Notes under the pieces: model-generated | What the model was told of the DNA's origin: nothing | The model's input: the letters and a program-made list of their open reading frames with translations, nothing else | Databases searched by the model: none | Shown: positions 7,837-11,489 of the stretch, piece by piece | Position numbering within the stretch: the first letter of the stretch is position 1 | Layout: every line of letters begins with the position of its first letter | Position numbers and translations under genes: made by a program | NCBI GenBank assembly: GCA_044359815.1 | Contig: JBIKLL010000083.1 | Location: forward strand, 1-11,489 | Origin: Pseudobdellovibrionaceae bacterium | GTDB lineage: Bacteria; Bdellovibrionota; Bdellovibrionia; Bdellovibrionales; Bdellovibrionaceae | Length of the DNA: 11,489 nucleotides | Reading direction: 5' to 3'

Positions 7837-8901
7837 TTAGATTTCTGTGAGCTCTAGTTGATCAGTATTAGAAGATTTTTTTTCAGAGCTCAATCTGACC
7901 CCCAGGCCGGCTAATCTGATGGCCATGGGCTGACGTTCCCAGGCTTCGGCCAACAGTTTTTCAAACAATTCTATGGTTGGCAGATCTGTCATCGCAATCT
8001 CTTTAGTGGTTGATTTAAAATCACTGAATTTCAATTTCACAACTGCGGATTTTATGCGGTTTTTATAATCCTTTTGATCAATCCTTTTTATAAAATCCTG
8101 ATACAAAGATGGGATTTTGGTTTTTAGTTCCTTCATGCTGGGTAAATCCACCTCAAATGTTTCCTCGACAGTTACAGATTTTCGCTCGGCACTGGTCACC
8201 ACTGGCCGGTGATCAACGCCCCGGCACAGATCATAAAATTCTTTGGCTCTGCTGCCAAACAGTTGATACAGGACTGGAACAGAGGCCCTTTGCAAATCAG
8301 CACAGGTAAAAAATTTGTGCTTATGCATAAATTGGGCTGTGACTTTTCCCACTCCATACAGTTTTTCAATAGGAAGGCTTGGCACAAAGCTTTCAACATC
8401 CTGAGGTCTGATGGTAAAAATCCCGTTAGGCTTTTTCCAATCACTGGCAATCTTAGCCAAAAATTTATTAGGTGCAATGCCTGCAGAGGCTGTTAATCCC
8501 AGCTCTTGCTGAATCAGTTTTTTGATTTCAGCCGCCATTAATGTGGCGCTCCCTTTACACAGATCAACATCACTGACATCCAAATAGGCTTCATCAAGCG
8601 ACAAGGGTTCAATCTGAGTGGTGAACTGTTCCAGAATCTGTCGCACGGCTGAGCTTTCCTTTTTGTACAGACTGAACTGGGGAGGAACTAATACTAATTG
8701 AGGACATTTTTTTAAGGCCATCGAACTGGGCATCGCCGCGCGGACTCCGAATTTTCTGGCTTCGTAATTAGCCGTGCACAAAACGCTGCGTGAATTTGCA
8801 GGACCACCTACCCCAACGGGCTTGCCCTTGAGCTTGGGATTATACTTTTCTTCTACCGCTGCATAAAAGCAGTCCATGTCCACATGAATGATCTTGCGCA
8901 T
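7837..8901 (-). CDS. dinB: DNA polymerase IV (Y-family)
   Basis: MRKIIHVDMDCFYAAVE, TANYEARKFGVRAAM, EPLSLDEAYLDV, SAGIAPNKFLAKIASDWKKPNG, GVGKVT and IRLAGLGV. Start moved to the ATG at 8901 (354 aa), which matches the canonical DinB N-terminus. Confidence 0.97.
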   Translation of the reverse strand: MRKIIHVDMDCFYAAVEEKYNPKLKGKPVGVGGPANSRSVLCTANYEARKFGVRAAMPSSMALKKCPQLVLVPPQFSLYKKESSAVRQILEQFTTQIEPLSLDEAYLDVSDVDLCKGSATLMAAEIKKLIQQELGLTASAGIAPNKFLAKIASDWKKPNGIFTIRPQDVESFVPSLPIEKLYGVGKVTAQFMHKHKFFTCADLQRASVPVLYQLFGSRAKEFYDLCRGVDHRPVVTSAERKSVTVEETFEVDLPSMKELKTKIPSLYQDFIKRIDQKDYKNRIKSAVVKLKFSDFKSTTKEIAMTDLPTIELFEKLLAEAWERQPMAIRLAGLGVRLSSEKKSSNTDQLELTEI

Positions 8902-8935
8902 ATGTAAATTATATGTAAATTTGATTTTAGAGCAA
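8902..8935 (-). promoter_or_regulatory. Putative sigma70 promoter of dinB, probably leaderless
   Basis: Minus strand reads TTGCTC (8935-8930) - 16 nt - TATAAT (8913-8908) - 6 nt - ATG. No Shine-Dalgarno sequence precedes the ATG. Confidence 0.55.
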
Positions 8936-9011
8936 GGCAATAAAAATCTGGACCCGACTTAACCCGACCTAATGTCACAAAAATTCTGATAAATTCCGAT
9001 CAGTTGCTGTT

Positions 9012-10423
<1,412 letters not shown>

Positions 10424-10504
10424 TTGTCCGTCTAGAGCGAAGCTAAAATTTCTATTTTTAAATTCGTCAAGAACACCGGATATTCCCGGTTGTCACAAAA
10501 CACA

Positions 10505-10553
10505 TTCAAATCAAGTATAAGCCCACTCACTCCGGCGCCGGAGTGAAAATGTT
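10505..10553. repeat. 49-bp direct repeat, copy 1, containing the 20-bp perfect palindrome TCACTCCGGCGCCGGAGTGA
   Basis: 46/49 identical to 10771-10819. Palindrome at 10527-10546. Confidence 0.9.
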
Positions 10554-10583
10554 ATTTTGTTTTATGATTTTTTGAAGCCTGAG

Positions 10584-10675
10584 TGCCTTCGATGTTTACG
10601 AACTTTTGATATTTGCGTCCTTTCGATATTTGGGTACCTTAGATACTTTCAATGTTTGCGTACTTAAATATTTTC
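10584..10675. repeat. Degenerate 17-bp tandem array (consensus approximately TACYTTCGATRTTTGCG)
   Basis: Units TGCCTTCGATGTTTACG / AACTTTTGATATTTGCG / TCCTTTCGATATTTGGG / TACCTTAGA (partial) / TACTTTCAATGTTTGCG / TACTTAAATATTTTC (decayed). Confidence 0.65.
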
Positions 10676-10770
10676 AGAGGGCCTTTGAATATTAAATGCC
10701 TCGCATTGTGAAAATAAAGATCCATTAAAAAGTATCGAAATAAATAGAGTTTCTTTTTTTAAGAAGCTTC

Positions 10771-10819
10771 TTCAAATCAAATATAAACCCACTTACTCCG
10801 GCGCCGGAGTGAAAATGTT
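10771..10819. repeat. 49-bp direct repeat, copy 2, containing the palindrome ACTCCGGCGCCGGAGT
   Basis: 46/49 identical to 10505-10553. The 16-bp perfect palindrome is at 10795-10810. Confidence 0.9.
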
Positions 10820-10900
10820 TGTAGTTGTTTAATATTTTAATGTTTTCGCACCTTCGATGTCTGGGTAAATTTATTATTCAATTAATTACTCAAACATTCA

Positions 10901-11012
10901 ATTGTTTGATTGTTTGATTGTTTGATTGTTTGATTGTTTGATTGTTTGATTGTTTGATTGTTTGATTGTTTGATTGTTTGATTGTTTGATCGTTTGATCG
11001 TTTGATCGTTTG
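10901..11012. repeat. Octanucleotide tandem repeat (ATTGTTTG)11(ATCGTTTG)3
   Basis: Counted directly: 14 units, 112 bp, with the variant units clustered at the 3' end. Confidence 0.97.
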
Positions 11013-11321
11013 ACAAGGCCTTCGAATAAATCTGTAAAGGCTAAATATTTTTCTGATTCAATTTAGTATCCATCAAACAAACTAACGCAAACACAAATAG
11101 TGATTTAATTTTATTTTATCTTGACGTGATTTTCCAGGTTTTTTGCTAAATACAGAAACAAACAGTGCTCGCCAGTTAGCCTGTATTTAAAACTCCCCAG
11201 AATCGGCCACAGCAGGCGATCTGAGCATTTTCTTTTGATCGAAATATTTTTTGATGTTCGCCCCTCACAAAACATTTAAACGGCAGAAAACAAACTTTAA
11301 AATCTCATGGTATAGATTCGT

Positions 11322-11379
11322 GAAACAGAAACAGAAACAGAAACAGAAACAGAAACAGAAACAGAAACAGAAACAGAAA
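11322..11379. repeat. Hexanucleotide tandem repeat (GAAACA)9GAAA
   Basis: Counted directly. Ends 11 nt before the SD of the next ORF. Confidence 0.95.
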
Positions 11380-11403
11380 TAAACCCACAGAAAGGAATCC
11401 CCA

Positions 11404-11489
11404 ATGACAGAAAAATCCCAACAAAACAAAATTCTTACCGACGAAAGCTTGCTGCAAACCATCAGGTCGCGAGCCAAAACCGAGCAGCA
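11404..11489 (+). CDS. Partial CDS (5' end only), unidentified protein
   Basis: SD-like AAAGGA at 11391-11396 and ATG at 11404. Open to the window edge: MTEKSQQNKILTDESLLQTIRSRAKTEQ... Confidence 0.6.
   Translation, partial: MTEKSQQNKILTDESLLQTIRSRAKTEQ

Noticed and set aside
8902..8940. Extended dinB start at TTG 8940
   Set aside because: The conserved DinB N-terminus begins MRKIIHVDMD at 8901, and the extension overlaps the putative promoter.
10475..10490. Small hairpin ACCGG-N6-CCGGT as the kinase terminator
   Set aside because: Only a 5-bp stem and no following T-run.
10505..10819. CRISPR array interpretation of the 49-bp palindromic repeats
   Set aside because: Only two copies, separated by 217 bp; no regular repeat-spacer periodicity and no cas genes in the window.
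11121..11152. Sigma70 promoter TTGACG...TAAATA
   Set aside because: The -35 is good, but the -10 lacks the final T and the spacing is 20 nt; insufficient support.
11265..11477. Minus-strand 70-aa ORF with an FCFCFC run
   Set aside because: The run is the translated (GAAACA)n tract, and the ORF is antisense to a better-supported plus-strand start with an SD at 11404.

Overview
Bacterial signal-transduction region. The gene content is most consistent with a Bdellovibrionota/Oligoflexia-like or other deltaproteobacteria-related organism, but that assignment is inference only. Left to right: (1) the 3' end of a chemotaxis-type operon: partial cheW, a receiver-domain protein, cheA, cheR, cheB; (2) a ~190-bp intergenic element with 56-bp perfect inverted arms; (3) a four-gene unit of a membrane-bound SpoIIE/PP2C phosphatase, a STAS-like + CxxC-x24-CxxC protein, a PAS-GGDEF gene (split by a +1 frameshift at a homopolymer, degenerate GVDEF active site, intact RxxD I-site) and a second STAS-like + Cys4 paralog, which together look like a partner-switching/c-di-GMP module; (4) dinB on the minus strand with an apparent leaderless sigma70 promoter; (5) an orphan membrane PAS histidine kinase; (6) a ~1.08-kb non-coding stretch with three microsatellites, a duplicated 49-bp palindrome-bearing unit and a degenerate 17-bp tandem array, ending at the start of an unidentified ORF cut by the window edge. 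No database searches were run; all calls come from motif recognition and manual reading.
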